A stretch of 59,836 nucleotides of DNA, the filler included. It is 6 parts of 6 records of this genome, joined end to end, with 100 filler letters (N's around TTAATTAATTAA, not from the genome) between each part and the next. Parts side by side here need not be neighbours in the genome. Positions count along the whole stretch, not along the records: positions 5,835 to 14,054 come from SRR31147125_8518; positions 14,155 to 32,699 come from SRR31147125_8530; 4 more parts are not named here. One strand, written 5' to 3'. The notes beneath the pieces are model-generated. The model saw only the letters and a program-made list of their open reading frames with translations. It did no database searches and was not told where the DNA came from. The number at the start of each line of letters is the position of its first letter. The first letter of the stretch is position 1. Positions 10,044-20,722 of the stretch are shown here, in pieces. The translations under genes were made by a program, and so were the position numbers.

Positions 10044-11501
10044 TTACTCTATAACAATAACTGCTCCACTGCCTATTTCAAACCAATCATACAGAAATTT
10101 AGCGTGTGAAGTGTAATTTCTGACGCACATATGGGAGCGCGGTGTAGTACCGATGGTATGAAGATATTCTTTGAAACCAGGGTGCACCTTTTCTCCATCG
10201 TCTTTGATGATATAGTTAACTGGTACTCCATGAGTATATCCGCCGCCGCTAAATCTAATAGCATAGGGAGCATAACCTGCAATCTCTTTAGTTCCGTCAC
10301 CATAATACAAAAACTTAGAGCGTTTTAGTATGCCCATAAAATGACCTAAGGGCGTTACTAAGGAGTATTGTCCCGGCATTCCTGTTGTCACAAATATATA
10401 CGAAACCATTACCCAGCCATTATCACGATACTCAAATACTGCACTGTTTTGATATTTTCTATCTACAACTAATACTTGCTTAAGTTCTTCTATAGTGTTT
10501 TCAAATGTTATATATTTTTTCTCTACATAATACTCACCATCAAAAGAAACTACCTTTACTTTGTAGAAATAATCGGTTTCCTCTAATACGTTACAAAGCA
10601 TTCCGTCAAGCCCATATCTAAAATTAGATTTGTTATTAGGTTCATCATATAATGCTGCACTTTGGTATCTTCTGTGACCATAGTTATCTCTAGTGCTGCC
10701 ATTATATAGGGGAGCGGTTCCATTAAAGTTTTTGTAATTATTGATGTATGCTGTGATATTGTTATCTAATTGGTTTTTAAGCATGTTCATTTCTTTAAGC
10801 ATTTTATCAAACTGATAGTTTCTAGCTTCTGTTAATGGTGCAAAAACATAGCCTGTCTTTATTTCATCGCCACCATTTTTTATGGAGATTCTATACCATA
10901 CATCAGAATCATACTTTTCTATATACAATCCTTTTACTGACTCTAGCAATGAATACTTTTCACCGTACACAACACCTTGTATTACTTTGGATGCTGTATC
11001 AGGCTGTGTGCGGATGTTAACGCTAGGTTTCGTAATAAGCACATAATCATATGCTATTGGATAATCGGAATAGAGCAGGTCTTTGGTAATACCGTCTGGT
11101 AAAACAGAATTATATTCATGAATTATCTTATACATATCCTCCTTCATGCTTTCATCAATTTCTTCTGGGGAAGTACCTATTTCATCCTGTGTGACATTTT
11201 CTTCCTCAGCTTTTTCTGTAATTTCTTCATCTTCTAATAAATCACTAACATCGATATTATCTTCAACTGGCTTGTTTTGATCATCTTCTGGTAATATATC
11301 TTTCTCGCCATCAGGTACTTCTTCATGCTTGTCTCCGATTGTATCACTACCTTCTTTAATAACTATAACATTTGGTGTTTCTTGTGTTTCTATATCTATA
11401 GTTTTGTCAGGGGTTTCAGTGCTCTGCGTAGAAGTAGCACAACCTGATAATACTAATAGTATTATAGCTATAAAATTCATGAACTTATATAATTTTGTCA
11501 T
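10044..11501 (-). CDS. L,D-transpeptidase (YkuD) lipoprotein with SH3b-like domains
   Basis: Lipobox LSGC; acidic linker; VNIRTQP SH3b; catalytic YTHGVP...SHMCVR. Confidence 0.9.
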   Translation of the reverse strand: MTKLYKFMNFIAIILLVLSGCATSTQSTETPDKTIDIETQETPNVIVIKEGSDTIGDKHEEVPDGEKDILPEDDQNKPVEDNIDVSDLLEDEEITEKAEEENVTQDEIGTSPEEIDESMKEDMYKIIHEYNSVLPDGITKDLLYSDYPIAYDYVLITKPSVNIRTQPDTASKVIQGVVYGEKYSLLESVKGLYIEKYDSDVWYRISIKNGGDEIKTGYVFAPLTEARNYQFDKMLKEMNMLKNQLDNNITAYINNYKNFNGTAPLYNGSTRDNYGHRRYQSAALYDEPNNKSNFRYGLDGMLCNVLEETDYFYKVKVVSFDGEYYVEKKYITFENTIEELKQVLVVDRKYQNSAVFEYRDNGWVMVSYIFVTTGMPGQYSLVTPLGHFMGILKRSKFLYYGDGTKEIAGYAPYAIRFSGGGYTHGVPVNYIIKDDGEKVHPGFKEYLHTIGTTPRSHMCVRNYTSHAKFLYDWFEIGSGAVIVIE

Positions 11502-11775
11502 AATAGACTCCGTCCTGCTCTTTTGTATAATGAATATAAAATTAAAACGAATAATAATTTCTAATATTAATTTTTGTTACTATCATAAACATTATTTACG
11601 GGAATTTTTTGAAAATATAATTATATTTAAGAATGGGTGAAAAGTAAGGAATTTTGCTTAAAATTAAAGTTATATACTATAATAAAAAGCTTTTTCTGTT
11701 ATTAAAATAAGTTATCCACAAAATATAACTTGTAGAAACTTTAATAATATGTAAAATGTAATAAATAACAAAATG

Positions 11776-11803
11776 AGCTGTTCAAACATAAGTTAAACAG
11801 CCC
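11776..11803 (-). terminator. Probable intrinsic terminator after lipoprotein gene
   Basis: GCTGTT...AACAGC stem followed by a T-rich tract on the minus strand. Confidence 0.5.
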
Positions 11804-11830
11804 ATTAACGTTTTCTTTAAAACAGTTTGA

Positions 11831-12508
11831 TTATTGCTTTAATGATTCCATTTGTTCAGTAAGTTGAGTGATTGTTAAAATAAAAGTATCTATCTCAGAG
11901 ATAGCATCATCAATATCGTCTGAATATTCTGGCAAATCAAGTTCACCTAACTTTGTAGAGATATCAGAAAATTTTGTATTATAGTCATTATTTATAGCAA
12001 TTATATTATCTATAGCAGTGTTTACTTGCTCAATTTCTGTACAAGTTGCCATTGCTGTACTTTCTTCAGTTACAGCAGTTTGCCATTCAGTAGCTAATTC
12101 AAGAAGCCCCATTGAAATACTATAAAAGTCTTTTAGAGTAGGTATTGATTCAATATCCTCTTCAACTGTTTGAATAGTATCTTCCATATTTTCAATAGTC
12201 TTTTCGTACGCTTCTACGTCTTTAATGCCTTTTTCATAACCTTTGATTTCTTCAAGATAAGCTTTTGTATCTTCAAGCATATCTTCGTCTAACTCTAGCA
12301 TTTCATTACACAAAGCTTCAAGGTCTTCTGCTGATTCGATATCTTCAACTTCATCTTTAAAGTCTTTAGCTGAATCATCATATTCATCAACTTTTTCGTT
12401 GTATGCTTCAACAGCAGCGTTAAACTCCTCGGTATAGTCAGGACCACATGCCATCATAGAAAAAGCAAGTACTACAATTAGTAATGTTAAAATAATTTTT
12501 TTCATCAA
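11831..12508 (-). CDS. Acidic alpha-helical lipoprotein, function unknown
   Basis: Lipobox MMAC; helical/coiled-coil composition; SD AAGGAG. Confidence 0.75.
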   Translation of the reverse strand: MMKKIILTLLIVVLAFSMMACGPDYTEEFNAAVEAYNEKVDEYDDSAKDFKDEVEDIESAEDLEALCNEMLELDEDMLEDTKAYLEEIKGYEKGIKDVEAYEKTIENMEDTIQTVEEDIESIPTLKDFYSISMGLLELATEWQTAVTEESTAMATCTEIEQVNTAIDNIIAINNDYNTKFSDISTKLGELDLPEYSDDIDDAISEIDTFILTITQLTEQMESLKQ

Positions 12509-12636
12509 AACTCCTTAAGTCTATATTTTTTTGTAATTATTAACAGTGTATGAGTATACACTAATTTAAGAATATTGTCATTAACTTTTTTAGAAATAGA
12601 TGGATAATTGCAATATTTTAATTATATCAATAGTAC

Positions 12637-12670
12637 AAAAAGCAGTAGTTAAATATATTAACCACTGCTT
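12637..12670 (-). terminator. Intrinsic terminator after APC-USP gene
   Basis: AAGCAGTAGTTAA-loop-TTAACCACTGCTT with T-run on the minus strand. Confidence 0.65.
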
Positions 12671-12722
12671 AAGATTATTTATGAGATTGTTAATAAAACA
12701 TAGTAAGGATAATAACTTTGAG

Positions 12723-14054
12723 TTACTTGCTCCTACTACCAATCCACCTGCGTATCCACGACCTAACCCCCATATCTTTTTTAGCTAGAATAACAGTCTT
12801 TTTGCACTCGGATGCAATACGTTCTGTTACCTTACCAAAGAGCATAGTTTTTAATGCGCTTTCATTTGGAGCACCAAGGATTAATAAATCGTGTTTTTCG
12901 CTTTCTGCTAATATTTTGTCAACTACATCATGGGACTCGACGATTTTCACTTTCATTGGGATATTTCCCATCTCATTTATAATAGGTTGTAGACGGCGCA
13001 TAACGTTTTGCTTTGCTTCGCCTGTAGTATTTACGTTAAGTATTGTTAACATGCTCTCTTCGTTGTCATCAAGCAAAGATATTGCGATGCGTGTAGCCAA
13101 CAATGAATGCTGTGAGCCTGTAGTAGGCATTAAAATTTTGCGTATTGGTTTGCCAGTATGCAGCCCCTCATCACCAGGCTTTATTATCATAATGTTGCAA
13201 GGTGCAGTTTCAATTACACGGTCTAATGTGTTGCCCATCTCATATCCTTGTTTGCGAGTGTAGCCTTTCCAGCCAAGAACAACCATGTTTGTTTGACGTT
13301 CACGGATATTGTCAACTATGCCACGTGCAGCTGTATCACTTCTTGCAACGCTAGTGCTCACAGGTATGTCCATATCAATGGACTTAAGAGCATTTTCAAC
13401 ATGTTCCTTATTTGGAGCAAACCGTGCATTTGCTTCTTCGTCTGTTGCATAGTTAGGTATTGTCATAATGCGTGTTAGCTGAAGTTCGCCGTGCCAAACC
13501 CATGCTAAACGTTCTGCATATTTAACAAGCACTTGGCTAATGCCTCCGCTTCTGATTGGAATCATTACTTTGTAGTTGCGCTTGTCTTTTGCTTTGTTGT
13601 ATTCTAATACTGACTTTTGTGCACGCTTTTTAGCGTGGGATTTGGAGTATACAAAATACATTATTATTCCAACCACAATCCACAAACCTGCCGATACCCA
13701 TGCTGCTGGACTTAGCTCGAAAAGCAGTATTGCTAGTACTAGCTGTAATATAAGTGCTAGGATTGGTATCCATGGGAAAAATGGCATCAAGTAGCCGTAG
13801 TGCAATTCATCCCCCATGGTTTTTCGTATGCGGATAACAGAGATGTTAATAAGCATAAATATAAGCAGAAACATTATATCTGCTGCTGCAGCAACATCCT
13901 CAACAGGTAATAGTATTGCTACAACTAATAATATTATAGATGAGAAAAATAGTGCAACTGATGGCACTTTTCTTTTTGAAATCTTTGAAAGTGATGGTGG
14001 TAAAAATCCATCACGGCTGATAGCGAATGAAACACGTGCTGATGAAAACAGTGT
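12723..14054 (-). CDS. APC-family amino acid permease fused to two universal stress protein domains, 5' truncated
   Basis: Frame open to the contig end (SSARVSFAISRDGFLP); USP motifs GNTLDRVIETAPC and FGKVTERIASEC. Confidence 0.9.
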   Translation of the reverse strand, partial: TLFSSARVSFAISRDGFLPPSLSKISKRKVPSVALFFSSIILLVVAILLPVEDVAAAADIMFLLIFMLINISVIRIRKTMGDELHYGYLMPFFPWIPILALILQLVLAILLFELSPAAWVSAGLWIVVGIIMYFVYSKSHAKKRAQKSVLEYNKAKDKRNYKVMIPIRSGGISQVLVKYAERLAWVWHGELQLTRIMTIPNYATDEEANARFAPNKEHVENALKSIDMDIPVSTSVARSDTAARGIVDNIRERQTNMVVLGWKGYTRKQGYEMGNTLDRVIETAPCNIMIIKPGDEGLHTGKPIRKILMPTTGSQHSLLATRIAISLLDDNEESMLTILNVNTTGEAKQNVMRRLQPIINEMGNIPMKVKIVESHDVVDKILAESEKHDLLILGAPNESALKTMLFGKVTERIASECKKTVILAKKDMGVRSWIRRWIGSRSK

Positions 14055-14154
14055 NNNNNNNNNNNNNNNNNNNNNNNNNNNNNNNNNNNNNNNNNNNNTT
14101 AATTAATTAANNNNNNNNNNNNNNNNNNNNNNNNNNNNNNNNNNNNNNNNNNNN
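14055..14154. other. Artificial contig linker
   Basis: N44-TTAATTAATTAA-N44. Confidence 0.99.
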
Positions 14155-14172
14155 TTGAATAAGCCAGTGCAA

Positions 14173-14295
14173 TGGATTCCCGCTTAAAAGACTGCGGGAA
14201 TGACATGCGTGTTGTGTGGGGCCAGGGAAAGTGTTTAGAGAATTATTGCCTGAAAATGACTAGCAGAATACAAACAAACATCATGTCATTCCCGA
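14173..14295. repeat. REP-like palindromic element (GTCATTCCCG...CGGGAATCCA class)
   Basis: Hairpin ATTCCCGC-N10-GCGGGAAT at 14176-14201, plus exact 13-bp inverted pair CGGGAATGACATG (14195-14207) / CATGTCATTCCCG (14282-14294). Confidence 0.7.
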
Positions 14296-14589
14296 ATGCT
14301 GTGCTAACTGTTAAAACGTTTTGCCTTTGGATGGTAGAGAATTGCCAGAGTTTGAAATCTTTAATCAAGCCAGTCATAATGAAAATAAGAAAAATCAAAG
14401 ATAGTTGAAAATGGTATCTAAATTAATACCAGTTTTATTTGATTTATAAAATTGAATGCGTATTTTATTTTGATGATCACTGAAAATAAAAAAGATCCAG
14501 GTGTATTAAGCTGCAGGAGGTATTTTAGAAATATTCCACTCTATGATATATGTCAACATTATTTTATGGATTAATACAAGGAGGTAAAC

Positions 14590-15978
14590 GTGCCGGAAGA
14601 AAAATACGTGAACAGGAGGCAATTTATTACAAACAGTTCAAAACTGATTGCCGCATCATCTTTTTTACCGCTACATACTTCATTCGCACAGGACAATGGG
14701 GCCTCTCCCGGGAAACGATTAAAAGTAGCACTGGTTGGTACCGGATCGCGCGGTACGTCTGCATGGGGAAAAAATCTTGTGACTCCCTACAAGGATTATG
14801 TGGATATGGTGGGATTATGTGACATTAATTATAAACGCCTCGAGTTTGCCAGGAATTATATAGGGACAAATGCGCCTTTATACCATTCGCGGGATTTTGA
14901 CCGAATGATCAAAGAGACATCACCTGATGCCGTTATCATCACAACACCGGATTGCTTTCATGAAGAATACATTGTTCGAACCCTGGAATTGGGGTGTGAT
15001 GTGATTTCCGAGAAACCAATCGCTACCGAAGCGGAACAATGTCAGCGTATTCTGGATGCTGAAATAAGAACCGGACGAAAGGTCAGGACAACCTTTAATG
15101 TTCGCCACATGGAGATGGCGGAAAACATAAAAGAAATCGTTTCATCCGGTGAGTTGGGCAATATTATCTCTGTGGATTTTCAGGAGTTTCTGGATTGCAG
15201 CCATGGTGCATCCTACTTTCGGCGCTGGCACGGGAAATCCAGGTATTCCGGGACATTGTTGTTGAGCAAGGCATGTCACCATTTTGACCAGGTCAACTGG
15301 ACTCTGGATGCGGAACCCGAGGAGGTGCATGCTTATGGGAAACTGGCATTTTATGGTAAAAACAATTCGTTTCGCTACAAACACTGCCGGGGATGTCCCT
15401 TTAAGAAAAAGTGTCATTTCTGGTGGGATATTCTCTCTGACAAACTGTCCACTGAAATGTATGTAAACTGTGAAGACGAAGATGGTTATATCCGGGATAG
15501 TTGTGTCTGGAGTTTGGATAATGATACGTACGATACAAATACAGTAGAAGTCCGATATAAAAATGGTACATTGATGAGCTATACATTGAACGCGTATCTT
15601 CCTTATGAAGGCCAGCGCATTTCATTTAGCGGGGAAAAAGGCCGATTGGATGTACGTATTTACTATCGCCAGGGGTGGGAGGTTTCACATGAAGTTGAAT
15701 TTCGGTTGTCAAAATATTTTGGCGACACGTGGAAAAGTAAGGGTAATTCAAAAGTGTGGCATCTATCCCGACGAAAAGGTGGCCATGGTGGCGCTGATGA
15801 AAAACTAAAGGATATGTATTTTAAGCCCAATCAATCCGATCCAATGGGTAAAATGGCAGGAAGCCGTGCTGCCGTTTTATCCAGCCTTGTTGGTATAGCA
15901 GCACGTAAATCCATAGAAAGCGGGCAGAGGATAAAGATCGCTGATTTGGTGGATTTCCATCAAAAGTGGGGAGAGTGA
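14590..15978 (+). CDS. Tat-exported Gfo/Idh/MocA oxidoreductase
   Basis: NRRQFI twin-Arg signal; VALVGTGSRG; SEKP; KACHHFD; GHGGAD. Confidence 0.92.
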   Translation: MPEEKYVNRRQFITNSSKLIAASSFLPLHTSFAQDNGASPGKRLKVALVGTGSRGTSAWGKNLVTPYKDYVDMVGLCDINYKRLEFARNYIGTNAPLYHSRDFDRMIKETSPDAVIITTPDCFHEEYIVRTLELGCDVISEKPIATEAEQCQRILDAEIRTGRKVRTTFNVRHMEMAENIKEIVSSGELGNIISVDFQEFLDCSHGASYFRRWHGKSRYSGTLLLSKACHHFDQVNWTLDAEPEEVHAYGKLAFYGKNNSFRYKHCRGCPFKKKCHFWWDILSDKLSTEMYVNCEDEDGYIRDSCVWSLDNDTYDTNTVEVRYKNGTLMSYTLNAYLPYEGQRISFSGEKGRLDVRIYYRQGWEVSHEVEFRLSKYFGDTWKSKGNSKVWHLSRRKGGHGGADEKLKDMYFKPNQSDPMGKMAGSRAAVLSSLVGIAARKSIESGQRIKIADLVDFHQKWGE

Positions 15979-15997
15979 AAGTAAAAAGGATATTTTC

Positions 15998-16042
15998 TTA
16001 AAAAGAGCGAGGTGGATCATTCAATCATCTCGCTCTTTTTAA
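15998..16042. terminator. Bidirectional terminator
   Basis: AAAAAGAGCGAG...CTCGCTCTTTTT between convergent genes. Confidence 0.85.
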
Positions 16043-16067
16043 CGACATAAAATATTCACCTGTGGGA

Positions 16068-19000
16068 TTAGTGGATATAGTTTTTTGGTATTGACTGTCT
16101 TCCCATTGTAATGGGGTCACTTTCCTCGAGTGAAAAGGGCTTTAGTCTAACGGTGTAGGAATAACGTTGCGCAAGCGTCCTGTATTGCATCAGTGTTGGT
16201 ATAGGTGTGCCACCCACGCCTGTTACCTTGTGGTCAATATTGAGTGTTATGCCTTTCTGCTTTACCAATTGAAACGGATATAAAGCGCGACTGATGTTAT
16301 CGGTCGAATAGTAAGAAGCACTGACATTAAGTGGCTGTGCTCCCTGAACAAACAAACCGATTTCAGAGTCATTTGTCAAAACTGCCCATCTTACATCTGT
16401 CAGATTGCCAAAATCCTGGGGTACAAGGTAATCTGTATATAAATCATCAATTGTCTCGGAATAGATCCCAACCTGAGCACCTGTTTTACGATCCTGATAG
16501 GTTTCAAAAGGTCCACGACCGTACCAGGTAAAGCAATTAAAATCATCCGTTACCTGGAGTTGAATACCAATTTTGGGCAGCCACTCCGGCGCTTCTCCTT
16601 CGGGAATAACAGAGTGATTCATAATAATATCGCCGCTGCTCAGTATATAATAGACATAGTAACTTTCCAAAGCAAAGGAACTCTCTTTAGCCTGAGATCG
16701 TTTTTTAACAGAAAGGCGAATGGACTTTTCATCAATGGCCTCAACTTTTATGTCCTCAAGCCTGTGCTGCATTCTGTTCAGACCGGCAGAACGCCATTGT
16801 CTCGATATTTCAGATCCCCAGGAATCTGTCTCATTCGTTAATGGCGCACGCCAACAAGTGAGTTCCGGTCCGGCTTTTAACAACTCTTTTTCTTTGTATT
16901 TTAGTGACGTAAAAGTTCCTGTGGTTTTGTCGAATAGATACACAAAATCGTTACCAGATATGGTTGCCATGAGTTCGTACTGAGAGAGATGAATATTCTC
17001 TGTTGCCATGTTTTCAAATTCAGTCATTTGATGTCCAGAAAATGGCACTTTAAACTGTTCCCATGCGACCTCATGGCCAAGTGCGGCCCAGCTTTTATCT
17101 TCTCTGAGAGTAAAGCTCACCAGCAACCAATATTCAGCACCTGGCTCCGATGCCGGTTTTTTTATGGGCAATGTATAGATTCTGCTTTGTCCCGGATCCA
17201 GATTCACATCAATAGATCCTTCCTGCAGAATGGTATCATCAGCTGAAAATTGCCAGCTGCCTGTTAACTCAATTAGGTTGGTGAAATTAAACCGGTTAGT
17301 AATTTTTACTTTACCAGCGAGCAGATTGAACGGTTCAATGAGCACAGGTTGTGGCGTTTTTTTCAGTTGCCAGAGTTCCGGCTGGATTCGCCTGTCCGGC
17401 CATACCAATCCGTATGCACGTCCACCAATACCGAGGGTGAAAAAATCCTCCTTTTCTTCCATTTTATCAAAATTCAGACAGAGAACAGCTTTTTGCTCCA
17501 GCTCCCTGTCCTGTTTTTTCATTATCTTTTTGATGTCATTCGGTGAAAGAGCCAGGTTGAAAATACGCACGTGATCTATAACAGCATTGGATAGTTGCCC
17601 TGGATAATCCTGACCGTGAAGTTCATTATTTTTACCGATATTGATTGGAAAGGGATTGTGAGTAATATGTCCTTTATGGTTTTTGCTTGCTACAAGATCA
17701 CCATTAATGTAGAGTTTTAAAATCGCACCATCAAATGTGGCGGTCACGTGCTGCCATGTATTATTCCAGGAAGAAGGGGTTGGTGCACGAAGAATCACTT
17801 TTTTGCTGTCATAAATGAAAAATTCCAAAGAGTCTTTACCGGACTGTTGCAAGACAAACTGATGATCACCTTTTGTGATTAACGGATTACTGCCGGTCCA
17901 GCCGCGTGGATAAACCCAGAGTGCCAGTGTCAAACCGGTGCCAGTGATGTCCAGTTTGGGGTGGCGGTAAAGCTCAACCCATTCGTCTCTGCCGGATAAA
18001 GCGACAGCCTTGCCATATTTGCCTTTGACCAGTCGGGATCGTCCCATCAAAACACCATGGATTTTATTGACCGAAAGATCAGATGTGATCACTAATTTTC
18101 TGGTCAATCCCGGACTCACCCAGTCCCAGATCGCACCTCCGGTAAGGCGTCGTGAAGAGTAAATAATATCCCAATATTCATCCAGACCGCCAAGGCTGTT
18201 GCCGGTTGCCGCCAGGTATTCATCCATAAACGAAGGGCGCGGATCGATTTCCGCTGGTTCTTTAGCCAGTTTTTTAAGTTCTGCATGGGTTGGATAGCGG
18301 GGACCAATGATATCCTCATAAGCAAGGCGGCCACGGTTGCCACCATAGAGCCATCCGGGACGACTCGGATCCAGTTCTTTTCCTTCAGCAATCAAAGTGC
18401 CAATATTATCTCCGGAACCCGCCTCATTACCAGCGCTCCAGATGATAACACTAGGGTGATTCCGGTCTCTTTTCACCATCTTTCGTGCACGATCAATATA
18501 AGCGTCTTTCCAGGCCGGATCCTCAGAGAGATAAGTATTCGAATGGGCCTCATCACCGGTTTCATCGACAATATACAAGCCATATAGATCTGCCAGATCG
18601 AGATATTCCGGATTGGGTGGATAATGGCTTGTCCGAACACAATTTATATTAAACTGCTTCATGAGTGTGATGTCTTTTTCCATCATGTCAACATCCATGG
18701 TACGGCCGGATAGCGGATGATGAACATGGCTGTTGACACCATTGAATTTAATGGGTACACCATTTACCAGCACAGCACGATCAATAATTTCTATTTCTCT
18801 AAAGCCACATTTTTCACTCATGACCTCCAGAGTCTGACCATTATTATCTAACAGTTCGAACACCAGGGTATACAGGTGTGGCTTTTCAGCAGACCATTTG
18901 TCCGGATTCGTGACCTGCTGCTGTACAAGAATTTTAGAGACGTTTTCAGGTTCTGTGGTGATTTGCTCAGTTTGAACAGGTTGGGAAAAAACCGGTTTTT

Positions 19001-19850
19001 CTTCCTGATCGAATAACTGTATTCTGACAGAGTTGTTTTGTTCTGTAGATCTGTGGTAATTTGCTATCTCAAATTCGATGTTTAGAGTGGCATCCTTGTA
19101 GTCGTTATCCAGGTCGGTGGTTATGTAATAGTCACGAATATGGCTGGGGGGTGTTGAGAACAGATATACGGTACGATAAATACCAGCCAGACGCCACATA
19201 TCCTGATCTTCCAGATAGGTTCCATCGCTATACCTGAATACCTGCACAGCTATGTCGTTTTCCCCTTCTTGAATATAGGGGGTTATATCATATTCTGCCG
19301 GTTCCATGCCACCCTGATTATAGCCGACCTCCTGACCATTAATCCATACATAGGAAGCAGATTTGACACCCTCAAAGTGCAAAAAGATATGGCGGTTATT
19401 CCAGGCTGGAGGGATTGTGAAGGTGCGCTTGTAACAACCAACCGGATTATAATCATGGGGTACATTGGGCGGATCACTGTAGAATGTCTGACTGACATTT
19501 CGGAACATGGGATGTCCGTATCCCTGAGTTTGCCAGTTTCCCGGAACGATAATGTTATCCCACTGACGGCTATCGAATGCCGGTTTGAAAAAATCTTTTG
19601 GAACCTCTTCCGGAACAGGCACCCACAGGAACTTCCAGGAACCGTTTAATGATGTGAAATAGGGTGAATCATCTCTGCTATCAAAAAGCGCCTGATCGAT
19701 GGATTCATAAATTGTGAGAGGTACATGTGGTTCCTGCTGATTTTTTTGAAAAACAGCCGGATTTTCCCAGTCATTAATATTTTCTGCCGGGAATGCATGA
19801 ACATTAAGTAGAAATAAAAGAAGACCAGGAAGATATAAAACTCTTTTCAT
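16068..19850 (-). CDS. Secreted GH2 beta-galactosidase with inserted LamG/concanavalin-like domain
   Basis: Signal peptide; FEGVKSA, DMWRLAGIYR, RTSHYPP, WSAGNE (acid/base), MDEY (nucleophile); LamG WQHVTATFDG...LYING; C-terminal small-chain domain WYGRGPFETY. Confidence 0.95.
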   Translation of the reverse strand: MKRVLYLPGLLLFLLNVHAFPAENINDWENPAVFQKNQQEPHVPLTIYESIDQALFDSRDDSPYFTSLNGSWKFLWVPVPEEVPKDFFKPAFDSRQWDNIIVPGNWQTQGYGHPMFRNVSQTFYSDPPNVPHDYNPVGCYKRTFTIPPAWNNRHIFLHFEGVKSASYVWINGQEVGYNQGGMEPAEYDITPYIQEGENDIAVQVFRYSDGTYLEDQDMWRLAGIYRTVYLFSTPPSHIRDYYITTDLDNDYKDATLNIEFEIANYHRSTEQNNSVRIQLFDQEEKPVFSQPVQTEQITTEPENVSKILVQQQVTNPDKWSAEKPHLYTLVFELLDNNGQTLEVMSEKCGFREIEIIDRAVLVNGVPIKFNGVNSHVHHPLSGRTMDVDMMEKDITLMKQFNINCVRTSHYPPNPEYLDLADLYGLYIVDETGDEAHSNTYLSEDPAWKDAYIDRARKMVKRDRNHPSVIIWSAGNEAGSGDNIGTLIAEGKELDPSRPGWLYGGNRGRLAYEDIIGPRYPTHAELKKLAKEPAEIDPRPSFMDEYLAATGNSLGGLDEYWDIIYSSRRLTGGAIWDWVSPGLTRKLVITSDLSVNKIHGVLMGRSRLVKGKYGKAVALSGRDEWVELYRHPKLDITGTGLTLALWVYPRGWTGSNPLITKGDHQFVLQQSGKDSLEFFIYDSKKVILRAPTPSSWNNTWQHVTATFDGAILKLYINGDLVASKNHKGHITHNPFPINIGKNNELHGQDYPGQLSNAVIDHVRIFNLALSPNDIKKIMKKQDRELEQKAVLCLNFDKMEEKEDFFTLGIGGRAYGLVWPDRRIQPELWQLKKTPQPVLIEPFNLLAGKVKITNRFNFTNLIELTGSWQFSADDTILQEGSIDVNLDPGQSRIYTLPIKKPASEPGAEYWLLVSFTLREDKSWAALGHEVAWEQFKVPFSGHQMTEFENMATENIHLSQYELMATISGNDFVYLFDKTTGTFTSLKYKEKELLKAGPELTCWRAPLTNETDSWGSEISRQWRSAGLNRMQHRLEDIKVEAIDEKSIRLSVKKRSQAKESSFALESYYVYYILSSGDIIMNHSVIPEGEAPEWLPKIGIQLQVTDDFNCFTWYGRGPFETYQDRKTGAQVGIYSETIDDLYTDYLVPQDFGNLTDVRWAVLTNDSEIGLFVQGAQPLNVSASYYSTDNISRALYPFQLVKQKGITLNIDHKVTGVGGTPIPTLMQYRTLAQRYSYTVRLKPFSLEESDPITMGRQSIPKNYIH

Positions 19851-20039
19851 TTTTTTAGATCCTTACTTTTAGCGATAAAAAAATAAACAAAGGATCCTGA
19901 TCTGAAATCCCGAATCTTTGTTAATTGTCTTGACCTGACCAGGATAGGTAATATAAAGAAATTACGGAATGTCCACAAGAAGAAGATGAGAATATGGGAA
20001 AACGGTTTAAAAGCCAGAAAAGGAAAAAATGCTTAAGTT

Positions 20040-20112
20040 AATTCGATAGTTATAGAAATAGATTGACATTTATAAAATATATGTTAAATTTAGTTCGATA
20101 AGTATAGAAATA
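20040..20112 (+). promoter_or_regulatory. Promoter flanked by two palindromic operators
   Basis: TTCGATA-N2-TATAGAA at 20042 and 20094; TTGACA at 20063, TGtTAAATT at 20082-20090. Confidence 0.75.
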
Positions 20113-20128
20113 AAAGTGAGGAAATGAA

Positions 20129-20683
20129 ATGAATCTTACTGTTTCAGATAGTATTCAAATAATGAAGGCGCTGGCAGATAGTTCACGATTGTTGATTTTA
20201 AATTCCCTTTTTGACAAACCTCAATATGTGGAAGAATTGTCAAAAAGACTCGATCTGGCAGCTTCGACCGTTTCTTTTCATTTGAAAAAGCTGGAAGAGG
20301 CAGGTCTTGTAATAAAGGATAAAAAGCAATATTACTCGGAATTTCGAATCAATAATACCATTTTTGACAAAACACTTTTTGATTTGACCTCTTTTGAAAA
20401 TGTTGAGAAATTTGTTCAGGAAGAACGGGTAGAAAAATATAAAACAAAGGTAATCAATACTTTTATTGTCAATGGACAATTATCAAAACTTCCGGCACAG
20501 TTGAAAAAACGTCTCATTATTCTGGATTGGTTTACCGCCCGGTTTGATAAGGACAGAGAATATACAGAGGCGGAGGTCTCTGAGATTATCTCACAAACTC
20601 ATGAGGATTATTGTTTAATCCGTAGGGAATTGATTGATTTTGGTTTGATGAGCCGTCAAAAAAATCTGTATAAACGCAAGTAA
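20129..20683 (+). CDS. ArsR/SmtB-family regulator fused to DUF2087
   Basis: KALADSSRL...STVSFHLKKL HTH; LPAQLKKR, YTEAEVSE, DYCLIRRELID. Confidence 0.9.
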   Translation: MNLTVSDSIQIMKALADSSRLLILNSLFDKPQYVEELSKRLDLAASTVSFHLKKLEEAGLVIKDKKQYYSEFRINNTIFDKTLFDLTSFENVEKFVQEERVEKYKTKVINTFIVNGQLSKLPAQLKKRLIILDWFTARFDKDREYTEAEVSEIISQTHEDYCLIRRELIDFGLMSRQKNLYKRK

Positions 20684-20722
20684 TTTGTCACACAGTTTGA
20701 ATGGATTATAAGGATTATAAAA

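Noticed and set aside
11712-11720. Perfect DnaA box TTATCCACA in an AT-rich intergenic region
   Set aside because: Single box, with no cluster or dnaA/dnaN context; insufficient for oriC
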